64,000 nt of DNA from Pseudomonadota bacterium (GCA_043809315.1 JAZDDX010000024.1:32001-96000), one strand, 5' to 3'; shown: positions 44,129 to 54,637, counted from the stretch's first letter. Notes: generated by a model not told the origin, from the letters alone. Made by a program: numbers and translations.

Positions 44129-45085
44129 TTAGGCGAGGCGGCCCTTGTCCTCGAAACGACAGCGCCCAGAGCCGGCGTACTTGAGGCCGAGCGATCGGTA
44201 CTTGGAATACCCGTCGGCGAAGATGGTGACGACCGTCGGGAACCGTCTCCGGAGGCTTTGGGCCGCCACAAAGTTCGCTCCGGACGACATCCCGATACAG
44301 AAACCGAACCTCTCCTCGATGTAGACCGCCGTTTTCTTCGAATCTTCGCTCGAAACCGGGATCACCTCGTCGATCATCTCATGAAGCCCGTTTTTCTCCC
44401 CTTGGGCGATCTTCGGCACGAAGCCATCCCCGATCCCGAAGATCGTGTGAAGCCCCGGGGCCTTCCCCGCCATGACCTGGGATTCGGCCGGCTCGACGGC
44501 GGCCAGATGAATGTTGGGAAACCGTTCACGGAGGGCCTTCCCGACACCGATCAACGTGCCACCGGTCCCGATTCCGGCAACGAAGGCGTCGATCGGCTTG
44601 CCGATCTCGTTCATCTGGTCGAGGATCTCGCGTCCGGTCGTCCGGTAGTGACATTCAACGTTCAACGGGTTCGAAAACTGATCCGGGTTGAAGTAGGTCG
44701 GATCGTTCGCCATCTCATCCCGGACGCGGGCCGCCTCGGCGAAATCCCCGGCACGGACCAGGATCAGCTCCGCCCCCAGCTCGCGGATCAACTGTTTCCG
44801 TTCGGCCGACATGTTCTCCGGCATCACGATCGTGATCGGATACCCCAACCGCTTCGCGTAAAATGAGAACGAGATCCCGGTGTTCCCGCTCGTCGCCTCG
44901 ACGATCTTCATCCCGGGGCGGAGGAGCCCCCGTTTTTCGCTTTTTTCGAGGATGAATTTTGCGATCCGATCTTTGATGCTGCCGCAGGGGTTCGTGCACT
45001 CCAGCTTGGCGTGGATCCCGTCAACTTCGATGAGAGGGGTGTTCCCCGGCTCCTGATTGAGCGCACATCCCGGGTCGTTCGCCAT
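44129..45085 (-). CDS. PLP-dependent cysteine synthase family protein
   Basis: GNTPL, KLE..NP.GSIKDR, EATSGNTG, GTGGT, SSGAN; start ATG 45085. Confidence 0.92.
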   Translation of the reverse strand: MANDPGCALNQEPGNTPLIEVDGIHAKLECTNPCGSIKDRIAKFILEKSEKRGLLRPGMKIVEATSGNTGISFSFYAKRLGYPITIVMPENMSAERKQLIRELGAELILVRAGDFAEAARVRDEMANDPTYFNPDQFSNPLNVECHYRTTGREILDQMNEIGKPIDAFVAGIGTGGTLIGVGKALRERFPNIHLAAVEPAESQVMAGKAPGLHTIFGIGDGFVPKIAQGEKNGLHEMIDEVIPVSSEDSKKTAVYIEERFGFCIGMSSGANFVAAQSLRRRFPTVVTIFADGYSKYRSLGLKYAGSGRCRFEDKGRLA

Positions 45086-45095
45086 GGCGCGGACT

Positions 45096-46529
45096 TTACC
45101 AGAGGTTGTTCGGGTATCCAGGAAGATATCGGTAGTTCCCGGCGTGGCACTCTTGGCACTTTCCGTGATCCCAGAAGCTGACCGGGCCGGGGTCGGTCGG
45201 GAGGATGTAACTCCGCAGGAGATGGGAGTCATCGTTCCCGTGCGGGTCGTGGCATGAGAGGCACGACGCCCCCGTGATCGCGAGGTGGTACCAGTGGAGG
45301 TTCTCGACCGTCGTCGTCCCCGTCTTCACGAACTGCGTCGGAAGGGAAGAGGAGGGGCGGGCGATCGTCGCCGGTCGTTTGAACGACGGGGCGGTGACGT
45401 ACGTTGCGTAATCGTGGCAGCGGAAACAGGAGTAGTTTTGGGTGTTCCCGGAGAGCCAGAACATCGCATCTTCCGTCTCGAGGAGATGGGTGTGCTCCGA
45501 GCCGTGCGGCGCGTGGCACGCGGTGCAATTCCCTTTTTGGAACGGGTCATGGAGGTTCCGGCTGTTGTTCAAAATCGCCTGCATGTTCCGTGTCGTTCCG
45601 TACTGCGTGGAGGTGAGTTCGGCATTGTGGCAGTTGAAGCAGAGTTGCGGCTCTGAGGCGGTCAGAAGATGCGGCAGCGTTCCGTTGTGTGGCCGGTGGC
45701 AGCGGAGGCACGAATCACCGGTCTGGGCGACGGAATGTTTGTACGTCGTGACCTTGCCGAGATCGATGTGGCACTTCGTGCAGAGAACCGGCGGAGCGGC
45801 GGCAAGAAGGTGAGGGCCGGCCGCCTTGTTGACGTCCGTCACGTGACACGCCGTGCAGGGGCCGTTCTTGGCTGGCTCATGCTGGACGGCGATCGAAGGG
45901 TCGGGAAGATCGTCGTGGCAGGTGACGCAATTGGGTGTGAGGCCAGGACTTGCCCGAAAGATTCCGTGGCAGTTCGAGCATTCCGGAAGACCGGTCGCGA
46001 ATTGGCCGAGCGCTCGTGCCCCATGGGCGCCGGCGTTCTTCCAGCCCGGGTCGTGGGGGTACTGCGAGTGACATCTCCGGCAACTGACGGAGGAGAGCCC
46101 CCCCTGTAGGCCGGCGCCGTGGCAGGAGGTGGCGCAGTTCGTCCGAATCGCACCCGACATCGCATTCGAAGTGGAGGCGATCGTCGTGATATGGACGTTG
46201 GTCGCACCCCAACCGTCCGGATGAGGGAAGTTCGTATGGCAACTCTTGCATCCGGGAGGACCGTCGGTTCCGTTGCCGGTTCCGTTCAGGTCGTGGCATT
46301 CGTTGCATCGGTCGACGGCCAGCTTGCCGCTTGGATCGATGGCAGCAACACCGTGCGCATTCGGTTCGGCCCAACCCATGAGATGCGGAAATACGACGTA
46401 GTTTCCGTTCCCGTAGGCGGTGGCGGCGTTTCCATTTCCCCGTTTGTGGGTAGCGTTTTCCGCGCACCCACCCGCGAAGATCAGGAGCGTGGCAGCCGCT
46501 ACGGTCCGAATTGACAGCAAATGACGCAT
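45096..46529 (-). CDS. Multiheme cytochrome c lipoprotein (13 CxxCH + 1 CxxxCH)
   Basis: Lipobox AGGC; motifs counted by eye, including atypical CATSCH; start ATG 46529. Confidence 0.9.
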   Translation of the reverse strand: MRHLLSIRTVAAATLLIFAGGCAENATHKRGNGNAATAYGNGNYVVFPHLMGWAEPNAHGVAAIDPSGKLAVDRCNECHDLNGTGNGTDGPPGCKSCHTNFPHPDGWGATNVHITTIASTSNAMSGAIRTNCATSCHGAGLQGGLSSVSCRRCHSQYPHDPGWKNAGAHGARALGQFATGLPECSNCHGIFRASPGLTPNCVTCHDDLPDPSIAVQHEPAKNGPCTACHVTDVNKAAGPHLLAAAPPVLCTKCHIDLGKVTTYKHSVAQTGDSCLRCHRPHNGTLPHLLTASEPQLCFNCHNAELTSTQYGTTRNMQAILNNSRNLHDPFQKGNCTACHAPHGSEHTHLLETEDAMFWLSGNTQNYSCFRCHDYATYVTAPSFKRPATIARPSSSLPTQFVKTGTTTVENLHWYHLAITGASCLSCHDPHGNDDSHLLRSYILPTDPGPVSFWDHGKCQECHAGNYRYLPGYPNNLW

Positions 46530-46578
46530 CGTGTAGAAACGCCTATTATCCGAACTCGCTTCGGAGTGCAACGCAAAG

Positions 46579-47463
46579 ATGAAACCGGCCCTTCGATGGA
46601 TCTGTTGGTTGACCGTGACCACCCTGCCCGTGGGGGATGCCCTCTTTGCACAGCAAGCAGGCGAGTCTCCGTATCAGGGGAGCGCGGCCTGTTTGGTCTG
46701 TCACGACGCGAAGTTGCAACTCTTCCCCCACAACAACATGACCGAGACCGCCGCTTCGGCGGCAAAGATCCGAAAAAACCCGGCCTGCGAGAGCTGCCAT
46801 GGACCGGGGACGGAGCACGTCAACGCAGACGACGCCGACAAACCGGCGAAGATCTACGGTCCCAAGAACATCAAGGAGATCGAAAAGTTCGAGGAGCAGT
46901 GCCTTGGTTGCCACAAGGATAGCCCGGAAAAGGTCGGGGAGTTTCCGTTTAGTGCGCACAAGAGCCACGACATCACCTGCTCGAACTGTCATCAGGTTCA
47001 CGTCCCAGGAACTTTCAAGCCTTCACAGCCGGAGATCTGCTTTACCTGTCACCGCGACGTTCGTGCTCAATTCAACAAAATCTACGTTCACCCATCCGTA
47101 GCACGCGATCCAAATGGACCGTATGAGGACGGGAAACTGTACTGGTGCCAAGCTTGCCACAATCCCCACGAGCGTTCCTTGCGGTCCGAATTGAAGAAAG
47201 AACGCTGCCTTGAGTGTCATCAGGACAAAGGGGGCGGGGGGACCTTCGAGCATGCCGGGAACAACGAAGACGGCTGTCTGACCTGCCACGATCCACATGG
47301 CGCTGGCCGTCGATTCCTACTCAAAGCGGAAGTACGGATGGTCTGCCTCGATTGTCATTCCGACAAGTACAGGAAGCATCACGAAGCTTCTGGCAAGACC
47401 TGTCTCGCCTGCCACGCGAACGCGTTCCACGGCGACGGCCTTGCTCCCCGGAGTGTTAAATGA
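46579..47463 (+). CDS. Periplasmic decaheme cytochrome c (MtrA/DmsE-like)
   Basis: Signal peptide; ten CxxCH; Y.GS..CLVCH, CESCHGPG.EH, CLTCHDPHG. Confidence 0.88.
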   Translation: MKPALRWICWLTVTTLPVGDALFAQQAGESPYQGSAACLVCHDAKLQLFPHNNMTETAASAAKIRKNPACESCHGPGTEHVNADDADKPAKIYGPKNIKEIEKFEEQCLGCHKDSPEKVGEFPFSAHKSHDITCSNCHQVHVPGTFKPSQPEICFTCHRDVRAQFNKIYVHPSVARDPNGPYEDGKLYWCQACHNPHERSLRSELKKERCLECHQDKGGGGTFEHAGNNEDGCLTCHDPHGAGRRFLLKAEVRMVCLDCHSDKYRKHHEASGKTCLACHANAFHGDGLAPRSVK

Positions 47464-49382
47464 ACCGGCATGGGTTCCATCTGGGGCTGTTGCTTCTTCT
47501 CGTGACGATGCCCGTGGAGGCTCAATCCGATAGCACCGCGGTCGCTTCCGACACGTCCCACGTTGCCGTGGCTCAGGAGCCTCAAAAACCATTCGATCCT
47601 TCTGCACCGGTGACAACCGTGAAGGTGGAGTTCCGCCCGATCCAGACGCTTTCTGGGGAGAACGACATGTACCGGTCGCAGCACAATCCCAACATGCGTC
47701 TGCTTGATCTGACGCTCCGAATGCAGCGGCCGACCGGCGTCTACGACGAGATGCGCTTCGAGCTCTCGGGGCTCCGGAACCCCAACACGTTCGACGATAT
47801 CGACGTGACGCTCCGGAAGATCCGCAAATACCAGCTGAACCTCTATCACCGACGGCAAAAGACGTTCTTCTCCGACGAGGGGGGGGACCTTCAGGGGAGC
47901 GGGTTCGACATCGAAACGCGCGAAACCGGAGGAAAGCTCGCGCTTTCGCCACTGCGCAACTTCGCGGTGAACTTCGGGTATGCCCGGCGCGAGTCGGACG
48001 GCCAGCTTGGATCCTCATATCATTCCCCGTGGGACGAGTTTCCTCTCACATCCATCCGGAACTGGTTGTCCGATCGTTACTCGGGCGGGATGACACTGAA
48101 CACCGGGAACTTCATGATCGGTGTCGATCAGAGCTATCGCCAACTTCACGTGAACGAGAACATCGTTCTGCGGGACGGGGGGAGCGAAGGGGCCGACGGA
48201 TCGGACCAGGCACAACTCCTCTCGTACGGCATCAACAAACCGAGGGACGGGGAGTTCTACAAAACGAACGCCAAGCTCCAGTGGCACAAGGGGCCCATTC
48301 AGATCCTGGCTCGCTACGTGGCGATCCGCGACGAGATCTCTTTGAACGCCCTCGGATCCCTTTCACAGACGAACCCGGTCGGGACGCTCGCGACCGAAAG
48401 CGATACCTGGAAGAGCTCTGTAAAGAGGTTCACCGATCGCGGCGAGGTGGTCGCGCGCTGGAAGGTCGCTCGTCCAGCTGTTTTAGCCCTGCGGATCGAG
48501 ACCGAGCAGTATGCGATGGACGGGACCACACGACAGAAAGTCTCGGGCCTTAACTTCGGAATCCCGGTGGAACTCGATCAGGTTTACAAGCGATCCACGG
48601 CGATCGGCACGAACTCCGTGAACGCCTCAGCCGAATTCGGCCCGTTCGGGCCGCTGACGATCGATCTCGGTACCTCCGCCTTCGGGCGCAAGGTCGAGAC
48701 GAAGAACACCGACGCCGACGTCGTGACCTCGAGCACCGTCGAGCAGGGAGGGATCTCGTTCAACGCGGGGGCTCGTCTCTCCTGGCCCTGGTGTAAGATC
48801 GAAGGAAAATATCAGGGTGGGAAGATCGATAATGCTCTTACCGCATTGACTCCGTTGACCGGCTCGAAGTCGGAAGGAAGCATTCACCTCATTCCCAAGG
48901 AGGGGTTCGACCTTTACGGGAAGGTCGTCTCCCGCAAGCGGACGAACGACCATACGCTGGTTGGAATCGGCCCGGTCTTTGATTCCAATTGGCTCACGAT
49001 GACAATGGGGGCGTCTATCGACGTAAAGCCGTTTCACCTCGATTTCACCCACGCGCTCTTCAACACGACGACCGGAGCAGTTGTATTGGATCAGGCCGAT
49101 GGCGCGATGGTCGGCCGGATCTTGACCGACGATCTGAACGACGCCTCCAACAGTGTCAATGCATCGGTCGACCTCGGTTTCTGCCGGGCGGAGTTCAAGG
49201 CGTTTCAAAGCGACGTATCGGGGAGCTATCCGTACACCACCTCAAGGATCGAGCCGAAGCTCTTCTTCCAGCTTCCCTACGGTTTCGGCGTCGGTGTCGG
49301 CGGGTTCCGGTACAGATTCGATAATCCGACGACGAACTACGACGTCAGCGGCGCGGTCGTTTCGATTCAGATCAACCAGTAA
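47460..49382 (+). CDS. Large outer-membrane beta-barrel (MtrB/PioB-like partner)
   Basis: Signal peptide; 640 aa of amphipathic strands; overlaps decaheme gene stop. Confidence 0.7.
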   Translation: MNRHGFHLGLLLLLVTMPVEAQSDSTAVASDTSHVAVAQEPQKPFDPSAPVTTVKVEFRPIQTLSGENDMYRSQHNPNMRLLDLTLRMQRPTGVYDEMRFELSGLRNPNTFDDIDVTLRKIRKYQLNLYHRRQKTFFSDEGGDLQGSGFDIETRETGGKLALSPLRNFAVNFGYARRESDGQLGSSYHSPWDEFPLTSIRNWLSDRYSGGMTLNTGNFMIGVDQSYRQLHVNENIVLRDGGSEGADGSDQAQLLSYGINKPRDGEFYKTNAKLQWHKGPIQILARYVAIRDEISLNALGSLSQTNPVGTLATESDTWKSSVKRFTDRGEVVARWKVARPAVLALRIETEQYAMDGTTRQKVSGLNFGIPVELDQVYKRSTAIGTNSVNASAEFGPFGPLTIDLGTSAFGRKVETKNTDADVVTSSTVEQGGISFNAGARLSWPWCKIEGKYQGGKIDNALTALTPLTGSKSEGSIHLIPKEGFDLYGKVVSRKRTNDHTLVGIGPVFDSNWLTMTMGASIDVKPFHLDFTHALFNTTTGAVVLDQADGAMVGRILTDDLNDASNSVNASVDLGFCRAEFKAFQSDVSGSYPYTTSRIEPKLFFQLPYGFGVGVGGFRYRFDNPTTNYDVSGAVVSIQINQ

Positions 49383-49386
49383 AAAA

Positions 49387-49839
49387 CTACGGAAGGGTCG
49401 TGTGGCAGGTGGAGCAGGCAGGGGATTTTCCCGGACTCGTTCCGCCGGTCGCATGGCACGACGTACACCCCGAGTATCCGCTGTTGGCCGTCTCTTTCGC
49501 TTCCGTCCCGTGTCGATAAGCCGCAACCCATTGATCCCGGTGCGGGTAGCCGGCGTGACAGCTGCGGCATCCAGGAGGGCCGTCCGTTCTTCTCCCATCG
49601 ATGTCGTGACATCCGTTGCATCGTTCGACGGCTAGCTTCCCGTCCGTACCCAGCGCTAGTGGTCCATGAGCGGCCATCGCGGCGAATCCGGAAGGATGTG
49701 GGAAGGTGATGGCGATCCCCTGGCCGTCGGAGGTGAAGATTTCAGCCGTCGTGCCGGTCCGGACCGAGGTTCCACCGCAAGCACCAACCAGAAAACCGAT
49801 CAAGACGAGGAGAGCGGGGGGGGGAAATCGGCGGCGCAT
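49387..49839 (-). CDS. Tetraheme cytochrome c lipoprotein
   Basis: Lipobox VGAC; CNGCH, CRSCH, CTSCH, CSTCH; start 49839 or 49860. Confidence 0.85.
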   Translation of the reverse strand: MRRRFPPPALLVLIGFLVGACGGTSVRTGTTAEIFTSDGQGIAITFPHPSGFAAMAAHGPLALGTDGKLAVERCNGCHDIDGRRTDGPPGCRSCHAGYPHRDQWVAAYRHGTEAKETANSGYSGCTSCHATGGTSPGKSPACSTCHTTLP

Positions 49840-49863
49840 TTGAGTGATGCCCCGCGTCATATC

Positions 49864-51057
49864 TCAGTTCGACGAACTTTTCAAGGGGGAATTGGAAGGG
49901 GAAAGAAAGGGGATCAGCAGCAGAGCAAGGACGGCGACCGCGCTTCCGAAATAGAACGGTGCGGCCGGCGAAATCTTGTCCCACAGGAGTCCGGCGACGA
50001 CGCTCGAAACAACCGTGGTGAGTCCCGTCGACATCTGAAAAAGTCCCATCGCCGTTCCCCGGCGGTCGGCCGGAGCGTTCTCGGCGATCAGCGCCTTCCC
50101 GACCCCATGGACGAGGCCGATGTAACAACCGTATAGGGCGAAGAGGGGGAATACGGTGATCATCGTCGCCTTGGCAAAACCGAAATAGACGGCCGCGTAA
50201 ATCCCCCAGCCGAGAGCGATCACCCGCCAGCGTCCGAGACGGTCGCTTACGATTCCAGCCGGGTAGGAGATGGCGGCGTACGTGAGGTTGTAAATGGCAT
50301 AAGCGAGGATCACCGTCGAATCTGCGAGGCCGACGCTTTTCGCCCGGAGAAGGAGGAGCGTGTCGCTGCTGTTGGCAAGAGCGAAGAGAAGAAACAGAGC
50401 GAGAGTGCGCCAGTACGACGCCGGGAAATCAAACCATTCCCGGAGCGAGGGTCGGGGGAGGGTTGCAGCAGGTCGGGGAGCGGCTTCCCGGAGCCGAAAC
50501 GCGAGCCAGACGGCGGCTATGCCGGGGAGAACGGCCAAGACGAAGATCATCCGATAGCTCTGGGGCAGGAAGCGGAGGAGAAGGGCCGAGAGGAGTACGC
50601 CGGTCAACGCCCCGGCGGTGTCCATGGCGCGGTGAAACCCGAACCCGCGGCCGAGGTTTTCTTTCGTGCTTCCATCCGCGATCAGCGCGTCCCGGGCGGA
50701 ACTCCGGAGCCCTTTTCCGACCCGGTCCAACGAGCGGGCGAACAGAACAACCGGCCAGTGGAACGCAAGCGCCAGGAGGGGCTTCGAAGCGGCCGCCAGG
50801 CCGTATCCCCAGCGAATGAGCGGGAGCCTTCGTCCTGAACGATCGCTCTGCCAGCCGGAGAGGCCGTTCATGACGTTGACGATCCCCTCGGCGACTCCCT
50901 CGATCGAGCCAAGGACGACGACGGGCAGTCCCAGAACGCCGACGACGAAGAGGGGGATGACGGGGTAGACCATCTCCGATGCGACGTCGGTCAGAAAGCT
51001 GATCCAGCCGAGCTTACGTACGGTCGGCGACAGCCTGGGCGGTTTCGTTGGATTCAT
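49864..51057 (-). CDS. MFS transporter
   Basis: SFLTDVASEM, DRVGKGLRSSARDALI, FGFHRAMD. Confidence 0.92.
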   Translation of the reverse strand: MNPTKPPRLSPTVRKLGWISFLTDVASEMVYPVIPLFVVGVLGLPVVVLGSIEGVAEGIVNVMNGLSGWQSDRSGRRLPLIRWGYGLAAASKPLLALAFHWPVVLFARSLDRVGKGLRSSARDALIADGSTKENLGRGFGFHRAMDTAGALTGVLLSALLLRFLPQSYRMIFVLAVLPGIAAVWLAFRLREAAPRPAATLPRPSLREWFDFPASYWRTLALFLLFALANSSDTLLLLRAKSVGLADSTVILAYAIYNLTYAAISYPAGIVSDRLGRWRVIALGWGIYAAVYFGFAKATMITVFPLFALYGCYIGLVHGVGKALIAENAPADRRGTAMGLFQMSTGLTTVVSSVVAGLLWDKISPAAPFYFGSAVAVLALLLIPFLSPSNSPLKSSSN

Positions 51058-52267
51058 GGCTCAGAAGTTTGGAGTTGAAGAAAGCGATGCCAAGCCAGAG
51101 GCCGGCTGCGGCAAGCGCGATCCACGAATAGAACGTCGACATCGCGAGCCCGGCCCGTTGCAGAAGAACCACGACGACCGAGGTCCCCCCTTTTGCGAAT
51201 CGGTATCCGAACGTGTCGATCATCTCCTTGGCGCGGTAGCGGGCGTCGAAAGAGAGCGGGATGTAGAGCGTCTCCTTGGCGGCTCCGAAGAGGGAGTAAT
51301 CGAACGCCTTGAAGGCGAAGAAGCAGAGTCCAGCCGTCCAAAGGGACGGGGAGGCGGAGAGAATCCCGGCGGTGATCACGTTGACCGCGGCGACCCCCCC
51401 CAGGATCCAGAAGGCCGGGATCCTCCTCATCAGGAGGGGGGCGATCAGGAACTGAAGAAAGAGACCGACCGCATTGAGTCCGGTGAAGAACCTCCCGGAA
51501 AACGCGGTCTGCCGGTTGACGTCGGGGATCGCGTCCTGCAGTAACCCCTCGTATCGAAAATTCGCCGTAGCGGAAACGATCTGACTTAAAAGGACGAGCC
51601 CGAGGACCACGGCTAAAACCGGAACGGATCGAAAGAGGTGCAGACCGAGCTGGCCCCGTTTCCCTTTCTCCTCGCCAGTGGTCGGCACCGGCTCGCCGCA
51701 GAGGCGATAGGCGATGTCGGAGCAAAGAGCCGCCGGGACGAACGATATCGTCCCCAGAAGAAGGAGCGTGTGGGCTCCGAGTCGCACCGCAAGAGTGGAG
51801 GTCAGGAGTCCGCCGGCGATCGCCCCGAGGGAGGAGATCCCGATGACCGGCCCGTTCCAGCTCCGGGCGTTCCCGATCCGGAGCGTCGAGTTCAGGAACG
51901 ACCAGTACTGGGCGATGATCAGGATCACGTACGCTTCCTTGAGGATCCACATCGCGCCGGTGGCGGCTCGCGAGCCGCTCTCGATCCCCGCGATGCAGGC
52001 GAGAGCGAGGAGCCCGGAAAAGAGCGTCGTGACGAGGAGGGCCCGGCGGGGTCCCAGCCAAGAGAGGAATCGAGCGTAGAAGTAGATCATGGCGAGGAGG
52101 CCGAACGGCATCAGCGCGGTCACCGCGGGGAGCGCGTCGGCGCCGTACGCCGCTTTGAAGAGGGAGTTCGAGGAACTTCGGAACAGCTCGTAGCCGCAGA
52201 GAAGGAATGCGGCCGCCATTCCCATCGGGATCACCGCCCGAAGATGTTGCCGGGGGGGTCGATTCAC
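51014..52267 (-). CDS. NTT/TLC (Npt1-like) nucleotide transporter family protein
   Basis: KAFDYSLFGAAKETLYIPL...RYRAKEMIDTFGYRFAKG; about 12 TM; start uncertain (GTG 52267). Confidence 0.75.
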   Translation of the reverse strand: MNRPPRQHLRAVIPMGMAAAFLLCGYELFRSSSNSLFKAAYGADALPAVTALMPFGLLAMIYFYARFLSWLGPRRALLVTTLFSGLLALACIAGIESGSRAATGAMWILKEAYVILIIAQYWSFLNSTLRIGNARSWNGPVIGISSLGAIAGGLLTSTLAVRLGAHTLLLLGTISFVPAALCSDIAYRLCGEPVPTTGEEKGKRGQLGLHLFRSVPVLAVVLGLVLLSQIVSATANFRYEGLLQDAIPDVNRQTAFSGRFFTGLNAVGLFLQFLIAPLLMRRIPAFWILGGVAAVNVITAGILSASPSLWTAGLCFFAFKAFDYSLFGAAKETLYIPLSFDARYRAKEMIDTFGYRFAKGGTSVVVVLLQRAGLAMSTFYSWIALAAAGLWLGIAFFNSKLLSHESNETAQAVADRT

Positions 52268-52326
52268 GGCGTAACAATATGCGGTGATTCCGTTTCGTGG
52301 CAAGGTTCGTTATAAGAGTTCGCTTC

Positions 52327-54045
52327 ATGAAACGGTCTACGTGGCTCACCCTGGCTCTTCTCGCGACGGCGTTCGCCGTCTACGGGATCTCGCTCCGGAA
52401 CCCCCTCTATTTTGACGATCTGACGATTCTCCTGGGGAACACGTGGCTCTACAAAGGATCGTTCTTGAACTGGTTCGTCTCCCCGTTCCTCGACTTCTCC
52501 CAGAACTTCCCGGGGTATCGACCGCTTTTAATGATGAGTTTCGCGGCGAATGTACGTCTTCTCGGGGATTCGGCCGCCGCGATCCGGATCGTCAACCTCC
52601 TGCTTCACGCGTTCAACGCACTCCTCCTGGCCCGGATCCTGTCGCGCTTGATCCGCGATGAGTCGATGAAGTGGATGGCATGGGGAGCCGCGTTCCTCTT
52701 TCTTCTGCATCCGATTCAAACCCTGGGCGTCAATTTTCTCTGGAAGAGGAGCACGCTCCTCTCGGTCTTTTTCATCCTGGCCGGAGTGTTCTGGCACGTT
52801 CGAGAGCGGCAGCGGTTCGCGGCCTACCGGTGGAGATCGGTCCTCGCCCAGGGTCTGATTCTGGTCGTTGCCTTCTTCTGCAAGGAGGATGCGCTTGTTC
52901 TCGGTCCGCTCCTTCTTCTGGTCGACCTCTGTTTTTTCCGGGAGCGGAAGACATGGTTGGGACTCTCTTCTCTGGCGCTCTATCTCCTGTTGGCGGCTCT
53001 GAGTCTGCTGCTCTTGTGGTTCCGGCTTTCCGTTGTGAATTCGTGGATCGTGGTCCTGAAACAATCGAAGGCGGTCGACCGCCGTGGCACGGACCGGTTT
53101 ACGTATCTGCTTTTCTCCGCCGATGTCGTCCGAAGGTACCTCTTGCTTTGGCTCGTTCCGAAACCTCTTCTTCTGGATGATCCGTCTCCCCTCAAGAGCT
53201 TTCCTTGGGCCGGTCTGGTGGCCTACGTCTTGTCGGTCGTAGGAACGGTTCTTCTCGTGATCCGTTTCCGTGCGAAACCGATCGTGTGGTTCGCGTTGGG
53301 GATGTTCTGGATCGGCCTCGCCCCCACGACCGGGCCGCTTCCGATCTATCTCGTGATGGACCAGATCCGAATGTACCTCCCTCTCGCGGGACTCTGTTTT
53401 CTGCTGGTGTTCGGGTTGGACGCGGCGGCCAGAAAGGTTCGCGCAGCGCCGCTCCTGCTGGTTTGCGCGGTGGGGGTCGCCTACGGAGCGGAAAGTTTCC
53501 TTCAGAACCTCCGGTACCGTCATCCGATCGCGATCTGGGGGGATGTGCTCGAGGAGTATCCGGAGAGCGGGATGGCGTGGGAGTACATGGCCGCCTCTAT
53601 GGATATGGCCGGCCTGGAGGAAGAGAAGGCGTTCGCCTGGGATATGGCCGGACGGGTCGAATCCGGCGCCCCGATCTATCGTGTGTTTCAGAAGTTGATG
53701 AAGCTCGAGAAGGTGTCGTCGAAGGAACGGAAAAAAGGGCTCGACGCGATCAACTTCAGCGATTTCAATCCGCGACAGCTGGTGAACATCGCGACCTGGG
53801 AGGCGAAGCACGGGGAGGAGAAACGTGCGGAAGCCCATTTTCTCGAGGCGATCGGGCGCAACCCTTGGAGCTTCACGGCCCACTTCAATCTGGGAATCTT
53901 GTCGGAGAAACTCGGGAAGCTCGATCAGGCACGGCGAGCTTTTTCCAACGCGCTTTTCCTGGCGCCGCAGGATCCCCGTGCGCAGGCGGCCGTCAAGCGT
54001 CTCGGCCGTCCGGCCGGACCTCCCGAAATCGTCCTACCGCACTGA
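52327..54045 (+). CDS. TMTC-like GT-C membrane protein with C-terminal TPRs
   Basis: FDD, YRPL, NLLLHAFN, LHPIQT, KE, RMYLP, then TPR helices. Confidence 0.75.
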   Translation: MKRSTWLTLALLATAFAVYGISLRNPLYFDDLTILLGNTWLYKGSFLNWFVSPFLDFSQNFPGYRPLLMMSFAANVRLLGDSAAAIRIVNLLLHAFNALLLARILSRLIRDESMKWMAWGAAFLFLLHPIQTLGVNFLWKRSTLLSVFFILAGVFWHVRERQRFAAYRWRSVLAQGLILVVAFFCKEDALVLGPLLLLVDLCFFRERKTWLGLSSLALYLLLAALSLLLLWFRLSVVNSWIVVLKQSKAVDRRGTDRFTYLLFSADVVRRYLLLWLVPKPLLLDDPSPLKSFPWAGLVAYVLSVVGTVLLVIRFRAKPIVWFALGMFWIGLAPTTGPLPIYLVMDQIRMYLPLAGLCFLLVFGLDAAARKVRAAPLLLVCAVGVAYGAESFLQNLRYRHPIAIWGDVLEEYPESGMAWEYMAASMDMAGLEEEKAFAWDMAGRVESGAPIYRVFQKLMKLEKVSSKERKKGLDAINFSDFNPRQLVNIATWEAKHGEEKRAEAHFLEAIGRNPWSFTAHFNLGILSEKLGKLDQARRAFSNALFLAPQDPRAQAAVKRLGRPAGPPEIVLPH

Positions 54046-54052
54046 ATTCGGA

Positions 54053-54637
54053 TCAACCGCCGTGGGAATAGTACGGGTTTTGCCCTCCCGCGTGGTCCGT
54101 TACATCGACCACTTCCTCGATCCCCGGGACTTCCTCTTTGATCCGGGTCTCGATGCCGTGGCGTAAGGTGACCTTCGCCATCCCGCATCCCTGGCAACCG
54201 CCGCTCAATGTTACGAGAACCTTATTTCCTTGGATGTCGATCAACTCGACACGTCCGCCGTGCGAGGCGAGGTTCGGATTGATCTCGCTGTCGAGCAACG
54301 CCTGAATCTTCTGTGCCCGCGGATCGCTCAGGTTGTTCTGCGGCTTGTTCGGGTTTTCGACCTTAAACCCGGAACCGTACGAACTGTCGGCCCAGTCGAC
54401 GCGGGCCCCTTTCAGATTCTTCGCGCTCTCCGCATCGATGTGGGTCACGAAACCGCCGATCTCGACGACCGAGTCGTCCTCTTTCTTGTTCTTCTCGTCG
54501 TCCAAGAAGAACTGATAGTTGAATGTCGAAGCGGTCCGCCCCGAGATCGAGATCCGCAACACCTGTCCCTTTCGGGCGGCGTTCGTCTTGAGGAACGATA
54601 GAACTTTTTCTTTTGCAGTATCCGTGAATGTAATCAT
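54053..54637 (-). CDS. nfuA: Fe-S biogenesis protein NfuA
   Basis: Degenerate A-type carrier domain + INPNLASHGG, GGCQGC, DVTDHAGGQNPYY. Confidence 0.93.
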   Translation of the reverse strand: MITFTDTAKEKVLSFLKTNAARKGQVLRISISGRTASTFNYQFFLDDEKNKKEDDSVVEIGGFVTHIDAESAKNLKGARVDWADSSYGSGFKVENPNKPQNNLSDPRAQKIQALLDSEINPNLASHGGRVELIDIQGNKVLVTLSGGCQGCGMAKVTLRHGIETRIKEEVPGIEEVVDVTDHAGGQNPYYSHGG

